DNA of 63,381 nucleotides, the filler included, from Chiloscyllium plagiosum (Eukaryota), in assembly GCF_004010195.1 (NCBI RefSeq). It is 4 parts of one record of this genome, joined end to end, with 100 filler letters (N's around TTAATTAATTAA, not from the genome) between each part and the next. Parts side by side here need not be neighbours in the genome. Positions count along the whole stretch, not along the records: positions 9,652 to 35,295 come from NC_057716.1; 3 more parts are not named here. One strand, 5' to 3'. Every line of letters starts with the position of its first letter. Within the stretch, counting starts at the first letter, position 1. The position numbers and the translations under genes were made by a program. The notes below the pieces were generated by a model that saw nothing but the letters and a program-made list of their open reading frames with translations, was not told the origin of the DNA and ran no database searches. Below, piece by piece: positions 12,171 to 25,480 of the stretch.

Positions 12171-15100
12171 GGTATGGCTGGTGTGGATTATCACAAAGTA
12201 CTAAAACTACCTGAAAAGCTGTAATTATAGATTAGACAACAGAAACAATTCTGGTGAACAGTCTCCATCTATTTCTTAAATCATCCCTCATTACTGATAG
12301 ACTACTCCTGGTGGGATGTTTCTATCATGCTCTGGTTCTCCCCACACTCTCCCCCCTCCCAACCCTGATTTTTAGATTTTAAATCTATAGGTGTTAATTT
12401 CCTCACTTGACTGTGATAGGGAGTACTATAGGTCAGTAACTGACAGCACCAGCGGGGAATGGGCTAAGGAAGCAATAAAGAGCTATTGTGAATGGCTCCA
12501 GGATGTCTGCAAGCTGTCAGGCACTGTAAGGGAAGGTTGTGATTGTCTCAGTAATTTTAATTTACAGTTTGTGTAAACATAAATACATTTTAAAAATGCA
12601 TCAGACAGCTGACTTTAGGGATAGTCAAATAGTATTTGGATTATTTGAAAGTGACACCATAAGAATCTGCACACCTAACAAAACGCTGATATATGGAGGT
12701 AGGGATGACGATCATGGAGAGTGTCCAGACTAGAAAAGCTTTCCTTCCTTCCTCTGCCTATTGACATATGGTCCACTTTAAGTAAACATTGAAAGTGATT
12801 GTCATCTAACAGAGGTCTCTTCAACATTCCAGAAATGTCTAATTTGTGTAAATCTTACCTCACAGACTCAAGCTATTGCAACTCCAGACATCTCCTGATT
12901 GTAAACATGTAAACTTATTCCAGTAGCAATTGCTGTCTGCCTTTTACATTAGGTGGCTGGAATTTAATATTTTCCCACAGCGAGGGGCATTTAAATTGGC
13001 AGGGATAACGGGCAAGGACTCTAATTTCCACCCATGCTTCAATTAAGTTGTGTCGGGAACGTTCGCGGTCAGAGTTCCTGCCTGCTCCAATTTGAAGCCA
13101 TTAGGTGGGCAATTAATATCTATTTAAGGGTATCATTCTGCTGCTATTGGTATTTAACAAATGATGAGGCTAAGAGTTGCCAGGCAGGCAGCCTGTTAAG
13201 CAAACCCTTGTTGTCAGACACTCGGTTCCGGACTAAGGGATCTGGCGTGTAAAGGGGCAAGAAGGACTCCTGAAAGCCCCATGCACTTCCTTCCAAGTCC
13301 AAAGCCCCCCCAGCCAGCAATCACATACTGCATTGACTGAGTGGCTACTGGTGTTGTCTGGCTAGCTCGCCAATTCTAGGTCTGTCATAGCTGCATGGCC
13401 AGTAGTTACCACCATGCCCACTGGTAACTTGCCAGCCTGTGACTGGTCAGTAGCTCTTGTTAAGCAGGAATTATATCCCTTCAGGAAGCTACCCACTCAC
13501 TACTGATGCACTTATTAGCAATTAACACGACATGCCTTCTTAAAAGGAAATGGTGTGCGGGGTCTTGCCAGCTCACTGTCTGGTGAACAAGAGCCCCATC
13601 ACCCAGAATAAGTCCCTCTCCCTGTTTACTGTTGCTCACTAGGTCCATACATATCCATCAAGTCTCAAATTCAACATTCAGCAGATTTGTGTTTACACTT
13701 CAAGATGATTGTTAGGAAGCATATCCTCAACACATCAACAGCTTTGTGCCTATTACATCTGGATTATGGTGAGGCTAGGCACTATTATTGAAGTTGGACA
13801 TAGCAGCTGTGTTGACCACCATCCAATGGGGCACATACTACGGTCGGGAGAAGCACAAAAACACACTTTCAATGCAGGTTTATACTTGTTAAATGTTGCA
13901 CATGAAGATATTTTGGTATCCGCTCTTCCAGGAATGGTGATAGATTCACGGCCAACTGTGCTATATGTTAGTTTTTCGACCTGGCTCACAAGGAATGTTG
14001 GAAAAGATTGTGCTATATTTCATGGTTACTATGTTATAATACCTTTAAGAGGCATACTCATGGTTTCATTATGATAATATGTGACCAGAGGGTAGATAGA
14101 TCTCATATACCTTAAGTTGAGATCACTTTAAGGATGACACATTGCTGAAAGCATGTTGCTCAATGCTTTCTGTTGTAATTTAATGTTTGTGCATGGTAGT
14201 CAGATATAATAAATATTTGTTAGATTCTTCAACACCACAATATTTGACATCGAGCTAACATAAACATTATTGCATCAGTTAAAATACCCTGTTAGAGGCA
14301 AAAATCACATCAGCACTGACTTTATGGAGCTGGTCCACATGCTTACTTTTCACTGCCTGGTTTCCTGACCCCTGGGAAATTTGTGCAGCAACAGTGAATT
14401 TTAAATCAGGTTTCAAATTGCACTTTATGAGGCAAATTTAAACATATTAACTGTGTTCCACTTCCCTAAGGGCTCAGATGCCACAGTTTCTGCCATTGTA
14501 ATAAAAGGCAGTGAACATTTCCAATATTGCTGAGGCTGTAACCACTCCCAGCTTCCATCAATCATCATCTATCTTGCCATGGTGGACGAATACCAAAGCC
14601 ATTGAGTAACATCGTGATGTCAAATGCAAGGTTTGAATAGGATATAAATCTCACCTCGAGCTTTGTTTGCAGCACAGACCCAGAACAAACCAGTCAACTG
14701 CCTGAAAAGAATAAAAATTACATAATATTATTCAAAGCATAGGTTTTTAAAAATAACAGGTAAAGAGTGAGCTACAAGGTCAATATTAATTTTGGTGACT
14801 TTCAGAAAATGCCTTGCTTCACTCTTAACAAAATGACATTACCTAATTCCTTCCATTCCATAACAAATTTTCCATTATTCTAAACCAATGAAAAAGCTGG
14901 TGGAGTTCATGTGAGAAATCAACACTCCAAGGAACTAAGCGTTTACCAGGTCGAATTTCTTGGCAAAGGGTTTCTTGAAATCCTGCATGCTATTACATGC
15001 TAACAATGACATGACCGGAGGGCTTGGCGTGCGCAACGCTGCAAACAACTATGACATTTACATTCTGGTATGACTGATCACTGCATAGACAACTTTGCTT

Positions 15101-16344
15101 CTTCATTTTTCGACAGTTTATATTTCCAGTACCTTGGTGATCCAGACTGTATTCCATGACGCAAGGTTCCGGTGTTACTTTGCATAAAGTTGAGATTGTT
15201 ACTAACTCTTGACTACTGAATGCATTAGAGTTTGCAATTTGCACTTTTTGACTGTTAGCTGCTGTAAATTTTTATATTCATTACTATTTCTATTGCTAAC
15301 ATATTAGGATCAAGAGATATCCTTTCAGGACATTAGCCTGATGTTCATATTATTGTTAATTTTGTCTTTTTATATATAATTTTCAGTATATGGTTTTTGT
15401 AACAGGCATTATGACTTCATGGATTATTTGTAAAACCCTGACAAAACACCTTGTTTGCAGTTAAACCTGATCATTTAATGTAGCAGAATGTGCCAATCCC
15501 AACGCTACTGATTATAATTCTTCGGCAACCCATCTTCGGAGACCCCACAAAGAGATCAGGACAGAATGGGATAAGTACAGGCTGATGAATTGTCCCATTT
15601 AGGATAGCTGTTTAGACTTGGAAAGCATTCATTATGTCCCTGATGTGAGCAGAACCATGCAGGTGAAGAGTGCATTTGAGGCTACAACTGTAACCAGCAT
15701 AAGTGTTTAAGCCACTCAGTTTTTTGAAGGTATTACAAACTCAAGGGCATGTATTACAGAACTGCAGACACAACCTTTGCTAATAGCACATGGTATATCA
15801 AACTGCACATCTAATTACAATTCAAAACTGTAACCTTTGATTTCTCTTTGCTGATATATAGAATGGCCAGGCAGACAGCACCCAGAAGAAATCTTGGCAG
15901 AACTTTACAGACATTTTCTTGGCAGGAATGTCCAGCTCTGCTCCAGGAGTGGAAACAGAGCCATTGTGCCACAGAGCTCTCTCCCTCCGTTCTATGACGT
16001 AGGTATGTGTTGTGAACAAAATGTCCTCTCCAACAAAGGTGGTTGAACCTGGATGGTAGGAAAGGCAACCTGAGTTTACACAGATTGAAATAGAGAAGGA
16101 AGTCCTCATACACCAGCTGGAGGCCTTGAAACGTGAACTACAGAAAGGTCACAAAAATGATCGGTCACCTCCAGAACAGACAGGACCTGTATCATGACCT
16201 GAAATTCCACCTGAAGGGGCACTCCAGAGCTGCACACAGCTGGAGCTATTTCATTGCCAAATTCATTGACTGCTACTTTGAATTTTTGCTTCAGGTCAGG
16301 GTGCAGCATCTGGGGAGGAACAGAATACAAAATATTCTTTTAAT

Positions 16345-16872
16345 TGGATTTGATTATTGTCATGTACTGAGATACATGGAAAAGTATTGTTTTGCATGCT
16401 GTCAAGACAAATTGTCACGTTATATAAATACATCAGGGTAATAGAATGGAACACAGGATATAATACTACAGCTACAGAGATGCAGAGAAAAATTAACTTT
16501 AATATGAGATGCCAATCAAAAACCTGACAATGGGGAAGAAGCTGTTCTTGAATCTGTTAGCATGTGTTTTCAAGCTTTTGTATCTTCTACCTGATGAAAG
16601 AGGATGGAACGGAGTACAATTAGAGTGGGAGGGGTCTTTAATTAAGTTGGTTGCTTTCCCAAGGCAGCAGGAAGTGTAGACGGAGTCAATGGAAAGAAGG
16701 CTGGTGTGCATGTTGGACTGGGCTGCGTTCACAACTCTCTCATTTTTTACAGTCTTGGGCAAAGCATTTGCCATATCAAGCTGTGATGCATCCAGATAGG
16801 ATGCTTTCTGTGGTGCATCCATAAAAATTGGTAAGAATCTTTATGGGCGTGCCAAATGTTTTAGCCTCCTGT
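16345..16872 (-). mobile_element. Rex-Babar LINE 3' portion
   Basis: RVVNAAQS...SIDSVYTSCCLGKATNLIKDPSH...LSSGRRYKSLKTHANRFKNSFFP. Confidence 0.82.
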
Positions 16873-18714
16873 TGCAGCATGACCTCCATAGGCCAAGGAT
16901 CTAATCAGTCAAGTACTGCCGAGATGAGCGTAAGTGACTGCGGACCCTTCACCCACATTTATTGGCACAGGCAGAGTGCCCAGGGCTGAACTTCTATACT
17001 CACATCATAGGGTGGTAATTATTCTCTCTTACTTTGAATACGTAATGTTTCTTGAAGTATCTCTTGCATTACATAGGTGGGCTAAACATTGAAATCTCTC
17101 AGCAGCTCTCTAGCTCGAAAGCATGTACCACATAATAGAATGTAAACAGGAGACTGTCCTTGGTTTAAAGATGAACTCAATGTTTGTAAAGATGCTAGCT
17201 GTTATCGTATGGAGTTCCAAGTTAATACAGGACAGATCCATTTATATTCTTTGGAAAATATCTCTCAAATTTTTAAAGGAGTGCTGCAATTGATGTTGCC
17301 ATGTACACATGCAGCAACACAAATTCACATATGCAGACTTTCATATCTATGTTCTCTTTGTGTGCTTCCCCACTCCGCACCCCTCCCCGACTCACCCAAA
17401 AACACAGAGAATCTATCAGACAGCACCTACATATAGCACCATAGGCAGTAAACTTATGGCATACAGACTGTATAATATCCTGGTCCCATACTACTGGCTT
17501 TCCTTTCTGGGTATGCAAATCAACTTCCTTTCTCTTAGTTGCAGGGAGCTCATCTGCAGTCCTGTCCACTGAGAAACTATTCTGATTGTAAGTGTGCACA
17601 GAAAATGTCCTGACGCTGCTAGTTGCCAGCCTTCGCCCCTCTCCATCATTGATCCTGCCGCCATGGGGGCCAGTAAAGTTGTGCCCCAGGATGAAGTTTT
17701 TATATGGAAACTAATTCTGGCAGCAGATTATAACAGCAGGCTTTAAGGAAAGCAGCAGACAGGAAGGTGCAGATCAGTCAATACACCCTGCACTAGACTG
17801 CTCATATTTCTTTGTCCCACCTCAAGGTGATACAATTGCAGGCACCTGGCACTTACAGCTGAAAAGAAAACATTACTAAAAACAGCAGACAATTTCCATG
17901 ACCATGACCTATAAAGCCTTTTTCTGACTGTTTGGTCTCCCTGGAAGAAAGCTTTAAGAACTCCAAAGTTTGCTGTTGTAAGCATCTTGAAACTGTCAAG
18001 AGCTCCTTCTGAAATTGACAGCTATTTCTGGAGTCTGGATATTTAGCCTGTCAAAGGTGGGAATGCAGAAGCTGCTATCAATGATTCTACTCTTTTTCAA
18101 CAGGTGATATTGACTCTGTAAAAGCCAGTGAAGATGCTGAGTGAGGTGTAACTTGATTTTTAAAATGGTGCGCAAAAGTTTTATAACTACTGCTGAACAG
18201 CTGCAAAGGCTGAAAGAGAAATTTGTGGAATGTCAAATTTCTTAATGATTGGAAAACCTCACGATAAAGTTAAAAGTTTTGACAATTCATCTTCTACAAT
18301 AATCCTTTGTGTATGTCCTAACCCTTTATGATCTGTAAAATTTAATTCAAAGTGATAAATTCAGTGTATTTTACGTCCTGTTTTGTTTTCTGGGATGACT
18401 GCTTAACCAACTTGCTGACCATCTTGTTGCTGGGCAGCTGGAAATCCCTTTGACTTGGTGACGGATTCCAACTTGTATCAGGAAAGGGGAAATCCACACC
18501 ACGGAGATTACAAGGTCCTTATGGAATTTATTCAAAGTCAGAAGCAAGCACCATTGCTTCACCATCAACCACAAAATCTAGAACAAAAATACTAGCAGCG
18601 TCAGGACATTTTCCTTGGAATACAGATGGGGGCTGCGAATAATGTCAACTCATTCAGGTCTGCAGATTAGTGTTGCAGATTGTATAATGTACCAACTGTC
18701 CTGAAACATGTTGG

Positions 18715-19068
18715 AATTTAGAAAGACAAAAAGTGAACTCAATGAAACAAATAGGATTCTTGAAAGGGGTACAACACAGTAACAGGATGTTTGCCCTCAT
18801 GGGATAATCCAGGACAGAAGGCACCAATTTAAGGCTGAGGAAGAATTTCTCTCCTCAAACTATTGAGGGCATTTAGATCTTCTTGCCACAGACAGCGGTG
18901 GGGGAAGAGTCCTTGAGTATATTTAAGGTTGAGATAGATTCTTGATCAGTAGCGGATTATGGGTTACAGGGAAAGGAGCAAGAAAGTGGACATGTATAAT
19001 ATTGGATCAGTCATGATCCCATTGAAAGATGGCGCAGGCTTGAGGGGTCAAAGTGCCTACCCTGTTCC
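18715..19068 (+). mobile_element. Degenerate CR1 3' end, interrupted by the following PLE
   Basis: gaggaagaatttctc..., gatcagtcatgatcccattgaa...cctaccctgttcct. The tail resumes at ~20463. Confidence 0.7.
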
Positions 19069-19790
19069 TCACCCTTAACAATTTCTCCTTTGAATCCTCC
19101 CACTTCCTCCAGACCAAAGGGGTAGCCATGGGCACATGTATGGGCCCCAGCTATGCCTGTCTCTTTGTTGGCTACATACAGCAGTTGATCTTCCGTAATT
19201 ACACCAGCAGCACTCCTCACCTCTTCCTCCGCTACATTGATGACTGCATTGGCACCACCTCGTGCTCCCGCGAGGAGGTTGACCAATTCATCAACTTCAC
19301 CAACACATTCCACCCTGACCTTAAATTTACCTGGACCATCCCTGACACCTCCCTCCCTTTCCTGGACCTCTCCATCTCCATTAATGACGACCGACTTGAC
19401 ACTGGCCTTTTTTACAAACCCACCGACTCTCACAGCTACCTGGATTACACCTCTTCCCACCCTACCTCTTGCAAAAATGCCATCCCGTATTCCCAATTCC
19501 TCCGCCTCCGCCGTATCTGCTCCCAGGAGGACCAATTCCACCATAGAACACACCAGATGGCCTCCTACTTTAGAGACCGCAATTTCCCTTCCCACGTGGT
19601 CAAAGATGCCCTCCAACGCATCTCATCCACATCCCGCACCTCCGCCCCCAGACCCAACCCCTCCAACCGCAACAAGGACAGAACGCCCCTGGTGCACACC
19701 TTCCACCCTACCAACCTTCGCATAAACCAAACCATCCGCCGACATTTCCGCCACCTCCAAACAGACCCCACCACCAGGGATATATTCCCC

Positions 19791-20002
19791 NNNNNNNNNN
19801 NNNNNNNNNNNNNNNNNNNNNNNNNNNNNNNNNNNNNNNNNNNNNNNNNNNNNNNNNNNNNNNNNNNNNNNNNNNNNNNNNNNNNNNNNNNNNNNNNNNN
19901 NNNNNNNNNNNNNNNNNNNNNNNNNNNNNNNNNNNNNNNNNNNNNNNNNNNNNNNNNNNNNNNNNNNNNNNNNNNNNNNNNNNNNNNNNNNNNNNNNNNN
20001 NN
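19791..20002. other. Sized assembly gap (212 N)
   Basis: Run of N with no linker. Confidence 0.98.
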
Positions 20003-20330
20003 CTCACCACCAAACGCCTGGAGGAAGAACGCCTCATCTTCTGCCTTGGAACACTTCAACCCCAGGGCATCAATGTGGATTTCAACAGTTTCCTCATTTC
20101 CCCTTCCCCCACCTCACCCTAGTTCTAAACTTCCAGCTCAGCACTGTCCCCATGACTTGTCCGGACTTGTCCTACCTGCCTATCTCCTTTTCCACCTATC
20201 CACTCCACCCTCTCCGCCCTGACCTATCACCATCATCCCCTTCCTCACTCACCCATTGTACTCTATGCTACTTTCTCCCCACACCCACCCTCCTCTAGCT
20301 TATCTCTCCACGCTTCAGGCTCACTGCCTT

Positions 20331-20368
20331 TATTCCTGATGAAGGGCTTTTGCCCGAAACATCGATTT
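20331..20368 (+). ncRNA. Minimal hammerhead ribozyme motif in PLE pseudo-LTR
   Basis: CTGATGA-a-GGGC-tttt-GCCC-GAAA-C-ATC: conserved core with a 4-bp stem II and no helix III. Confidence 0.7.
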
Positions 20369-21576
20369 CGAAGCTCCTCGGATGCTGCCTGAATTGCTGT
20401 GCTCTTCTAGCACCACTAATCCAGAATCTGGTTTCCAGCATCTGCAGTCATTGTTTTTACCTCCCTATTTCTTGTGGTCTGTTGATATGAGTGCAAGTGT
20501 AAGAAAGGGTTAAGCATTAACTACTGACAAATATGATGTCATATAAACTCAGGCAAGGTGGCAACACTTTTGGATCTCATAGGTATAAGAGCCAACATAA
20601 GTCTTTGTCATGGTGTTAGCAACAATGCCCATCATGCTAATATAATTTGTATATAGTTGTTGAGATGCAATCGACTCCATTTTGATTTAAAACAAGAGCC
20701 TCTTTGCATCAAACTACCAGGTGGTATTCCTCTACCATAATCGACCAAATCAGGCTCTATAGATCTCTCCTAGAAGAGAGAAAGGTGGCAAAAAAAATCA
20801 GATGGATTTTACACCAGGATAAGCTGTAGTGAGGATCCATAATGCAGTTTGTGTCCCCACCTCCACTGACAGCAATTACTTGCATGCACATATTAATTCC
20901 CTTCCTCCACTTAAACAGGATGATATCATAACATGTAATAACACTATAAAATGAATTAGTTCTCCTAGCGTCTTTTATAACAGCAATGAGATCTTTATGC
21001 TGCACCACTGTGTTACTATCAGCCCAATCACTTTTTACCCCCCTTATCTTGGCTCTTGAAAATACATTAAACAGAAATACTAAGAGGCCAGTACTATCTA
21101 AATACCAACAATATCTCTGTTATCACCACTATCTCATATATCACTGAGGCCGAAATTTTCCAAATTTGGTTTAAATCCTATCTCTAACCTTTTAAAAAAA
21201 TCCTGATCCTTGTCGAGTCAGAGTATAAAGTACAAAAGAAGCCCACCATGGAGTGTGTCCTTGTTTCTGGCTTTCTCTCTTGCCTGCCTTACAATAATCA
21301 CTGCCTTATAGCTCATTTGCTTCCTTGTACTCACAATTGCCTCCCTCATTTGTTTCCTCCTCAATTTGTTTTATTTACACTGCTCAACCTCTAGTCTCAG
21401 GGAAAGACTTTCTCCACACTCATCATTACTGTTTGTCCACCAACAGTTTTACTGATCTTCACTGCAAGAACATTGGCATCATTTCAGATGGGTATAGGTA
21501 AATCCTTTAGCATGGTCTTTCCTTGTCTCAGAAATTGTCCCAAACACCCTCTTTCACCAGCCTGCAAGTAGGTATT

Positions 21577-21863
21577 AGATTAGATTTCCTACAGTGTGGA
21601 AACAGGCCCTTCAGCCCAAAAAGTCCACATCGACCCTCCGAACAGCAACCCACCCAGACCCATTCCCCTACATTGACTCCTGACTAATGCACCTAACACT
21701 ACAGGCAATTTAGCATGGCCAATTCACCTAACCTGCACATCTTTGGACTGTGAGAGGAAACCACAGACACGGGGAGAATGTCCACACAGACAGTTACCCG
21801 AGGCAGGAATTGAACCTGGGTCCCTGTGAGGTAACAATGCTAACCACCGAGCCACCGTGCCAC
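21577..21863 (-). mobile_element. HE1-type SINE
   Basis: Tail tagattagatttcctacagtgtggaaacaggccc. Head (reverse complement) ggtggcacggtggctcggtggttagca. Confidence 0.9.
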
Positions 21864-21871
21864 CTTCTCAA

Positions 21872-23468
21872 GAACAACAACAAATGCTGGAGGTCACAGC
21901 AGGTCAGAAAACATCCACAGAGAGACCAAATTAACATTGAGTCTAGATGACTCTTCAGAGCTGAAGTAAAGTGGTGGAGGGACAGCATTTATGTTATAGT
22001 TTAGGGGTGGGGGGTGCAGAAGTGGAGTAGTGGGCATAGGGTGCTGGTTAAGAAAAGATGTTGATAATTCAGATTAAGTGATCAGGGCTACGTCATGCTC
22101 CCGCCAGGACACTGAAAGCTTCTTTCATTTTGCCTCCAATTTCCAGCCCTCTATAGCTTACACATTGCCCATCTCCAACACTTCCTTTTCTAGACCTCTG
22201 TTACCACTACAAAGCCACTGATTCCCATAGCTACCTTCATCACATCGCACATCCTGCAAGGACTCCATCCCCTTCCTCCAGTTCCTTCACATCTGTTCGG
22301 ATGATGCCACCTTCCAAAACAGTGCTACTGACATGGTTTGCTTTTATAACTGTGGTTTCCCACCCACTGTGGTGACAGGCCCCTCAACCGCATCCATCCC
22401 ATCACACATGCTTCTGCCCTTGCCCCGTCCCATCATTCAGCGTGATCAGGTTCCCCTTCTCCTCATTTTTCATTCCACCAGCCTCTGCATTCAAACAATT
22501 ATTCACCATTTCAGACAGCAACAGCAGAACACCAAATACATCTTCCCCTCATTCCCTGTCTGCATTTTGCAGGGATTGTTCCCTCAGAGACACGAGTCCA
22601 TTCCACAACCGCCAACACCAACCCCCCCCACCCCACCACCTCTTTCCACAGTACCTTCTCACGATACCGTAGGTGGTGCAACATCTGCCCTCCTACCTCC
22701 TCCCTGCTCATCATCCAAAGGCCTAAACAGTCTTTCCAGGTGAAGCAGCATTTCACCTGTACCTCCTCCAGTCTGATGTATTGTATTTGCTGCACCCAAT
22801 GTGGCCTACTCTACATTGGGGAAACCAAACGCAGGCTGGATGACTGTTTTGCGGAATACCTCCAGTCTGTGCACAAACAGGACCCCAACCTTCATGCAGC
22901 CGGTAATTTTAACTCAGCTCGCCTCCAGAGAATCACAGCGCAAACTGGAGGAACAATATCTCATCGCCAGGCTAGGCTCTTTACGTCGATTTTGAAGCTT
23001 TTCGGATGCTGCCTGAATTGCTGTGCTCTTCCAGCACCACTGATCCAGAATCTAGGCTCTTTATTGCCTTCTGGACTTAATATTGAGTTCAACAACATTA
23101 AATTGTGAACATTTCTTCCTTTTCTTTTAACTTGTTATCACATCCTCCCTTCCCCCATCCCACATACTGTCTTTTCAAGTCTGGCAGGCGACACACCATT
23201 GTTCTGCCATTCTCACATTCTGATCACTTAGTCTGAACTATCAACATCTTTTCTCCACCAGCACCCGACACCCACGACTCCCAGCACCTCCCCGCCCCAT
23301 AGCATAAATGCTGCCCCCTCCACACTTCACTTCAGCTCTGAAGAAGAGCAATCTGATCTCAAAACATTAGTTTGCTCGCTCTCCATGTATGCTGTCTGAC
23401 CCACTGTGATCTCCAGCGTTTGTTGTTTTCAGTACAGATTCCAGCATCTGCAGTAATTTGTTCCTACC
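21872..23468 (+). mobile_element. Degenerate Neptune-type PLE with inverted 5' pseudo-LTR
   Basis: GIY-YIG motif LMYCICCTQCGLLYIGETKRRL. 21872-22086 is the inverse of the 3' pseudo-LTR at ~23215-23420. Confidence 0.85.
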
Positions 23469-23957
23469 TTCTCAAGAAGGATTCTTACTTACTTGTCACA
23501 AGTGTTAATCTTAAAAATCTTATCCAAGCGTACCTCAAGTCTATATTCCTACTCTTTTGGCACCATGCATTCCAGAGGTAGGTTAGTCAAAAGATATATT
23601 TTCAGGAGGAAGTTAAAATTGTTGAGAGAGGTGCAGTGGTATAGACTGGGAGGGAATTTCACAATATGGATTTCTAACATAGGATGAAATAGAAATTACT
23701 GGATTAAGACTGAAGCTAAAGAAATAGAACTACAGGGAAAGTTGCAATTCCAGAAAGTGAGAGAGAGGACGGAAACTGATAAACAAGATTGTGGTGCTCG
23801 TATTCACCTATTTCCTCCCAGCTGTTATATGATCTACAAATTAATCAACTGTTGCAACCAAAACTCACATTCTGTCAAATGTCTGCCCAGTTCCTCTTTC
23901 ACTAAAAAGTATTTTTATTAATTTTAAAATGAACTCAACAGGGGATTCACTTACTTT

Positions 23958-24271
23958 ATTAGATCAGATTCCCTACAGTGTGGAAACAGGCCCTTCGGGC
24001 CAACCAGTCCACATTGACCTTCTGAAGAGTAACCCACCCAGACCCATTTCCCTCTGACTAATGAACTTAACCTATGGGTAATTTAGCATGGCCAATTCAT
24101 CTGACCTGCACATCTTTGGACTGTGGGAGGAAACCGGAGCACCCAGTGGACACCCACACAGACACGGGGAGAATGTGCAAACTCCACACAATCACCCGAG
24201 GCTGGAATCAAACCTGGGACCCTGGTGCAGTTAAGCAGCAGTGCTAACCACTGAGCCATCGTGCTGCCCCT
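23958..24271 (-). mobile_element. HE1-type SINE, near full length
   Basis: tRNA head (reverse complement) ggcagcacgatggctcagtggttagcactgctgc...ggtttgattcc, V-domain and CR1 tail. Confidence 0.92.
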
Positions 24272-25057
24272 GTGGGTTATCATAACACCTTGAGACATGA
24301 GTCTTGGGTGATTTTTCTAAAGCTAAAACTAGAAATAATACTAGCCTTTCGTGATAAAAAGAAGTAGCTGTTTTCAAAATCCACCATGATTTTAATTCTT
24401 TTTTCTTTACATATACCAGTAGATGTCTTTATATGGGGTAGGTAAAACACAGTGTTTGAGTGGCATTAAAGTGGGATACTGTATTTGGATCAGGATGTAT
24501 TGATGCAATGCATCGTAATGTAATATGGTCCACCCTTATTTTGACAATTCCGTGGTAAATGCGTGTTCAAATTATAATGGTAGCTACCTACATAAACATA
24601 TTATCCTGCATCTCCACTGGCAGAGGTACTATGACAATGTGTAAAGTTTCCACTTGCTTTCGTTACAAATTTGAGAATGGAAATTTTAAGACATATGGAA
24701 CATAATAGCCCAGATTTTGCTCACAGTGAAGGGCCAACACACATACCTCACTTCACTGATAATTACCTACTGAGTCTTCATGGGTTTGTCAGTAAAGATG
24801 TCCTCTAATCGAATTGTCTGTTTTTATGTGGTGACCTACACAGGAGATATGTGGCATCAGAGAGACAGTCATGATATAGCAAGGTTGTCCAATCAATCAG
24901 ACTGAAATATTTTCACTAAACCATCTACACTCCAAACCTTGAAGTAAGTATCAAGTAAGAAATATAAATGAGATATGAATCATCTTGAGAAAGTAAAGTA
25001 AAGATTGGGAAATACAGAGTAGATGTAAAGGGAAGAGATAGTAAGAAAGATTAGCAA

Positions 25058-25480
25058 GTTCTGAGAAGATTTGTAGCTCAGGTTGAGGTTCTGGATGTAG
25101 GTTTGCTCCTTGAGCTGGAAGATTCATTTTCAGATGTTTCATCACCATACTAGGTAACATCTTCAGTGAGTCTCCAGACGAAGCACTGCCAATGATTCCT
25201 GCTTTCTACTTATATGTTTGGGTTTCTTTGGGTTGTTGATATCACTTCCTGTGGTGATGTCATTTCCTGTTCTTTTTCTCAGGGTGTGGTGAATGGGGTC
25301 CAAGTCAATGTGTTTGTTGATAAAGTTCTGGTTGGAATGCCATGCTTCTAGGAATTATTGTGCCTGTCTCTGTTTGGCTTGTCCTACGATGGATGTGTTG
25401 TCCCAGTCAAAGTGGTGTCCATCCTTATCTGCATGTAAGGATACTAGTGAGAGAGGGTCATGTCGTTTTGTGGCTAGTTA
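25058..25480 (-). mobile_element. Penelope/Poseidon-type PLE 3' end
   Basis: Minus strand reads LATKRHDPLSLVSLHADKDGHHFDWDNTSIVGQAKQR..FLEAWHS...INKHIDLDP. Degenerate hammerhead at ~25130-25168. Confidence 0.85.

Larger units (their letters stand above)
19069..20462 (+). mobile_element. Penelope-like element (Neptune-type), 5'-truncated, spanning an N gap
   Basis: RT motifs QTKGVAMGTCMGPSYACLFVG, LRYIDDC, PFLDLSI, YKPTD, IPYSQFLRLRRICS. Pseudo-LTR carries a hammerhead motif. Confidence 0.95.

Noticed and set aside
13709..14074. 121-aa ORF in unique sequence
   Set aside because: It has a non-ATG start, no recognisable domain and no convincing splice sites.
18438..18595. Possible terminal exon (AGNPFDLVTDSNLYQ...QKY*)
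   Set aside because: The acceptor is weak and I recognise no homology; it cannot be supported without a search.
19053..20222. 389-aa intact RT ORF
   Set aside because: The length is inflated by the N gap and the copy is 5'-truncated; not evidence of an autonomous element.
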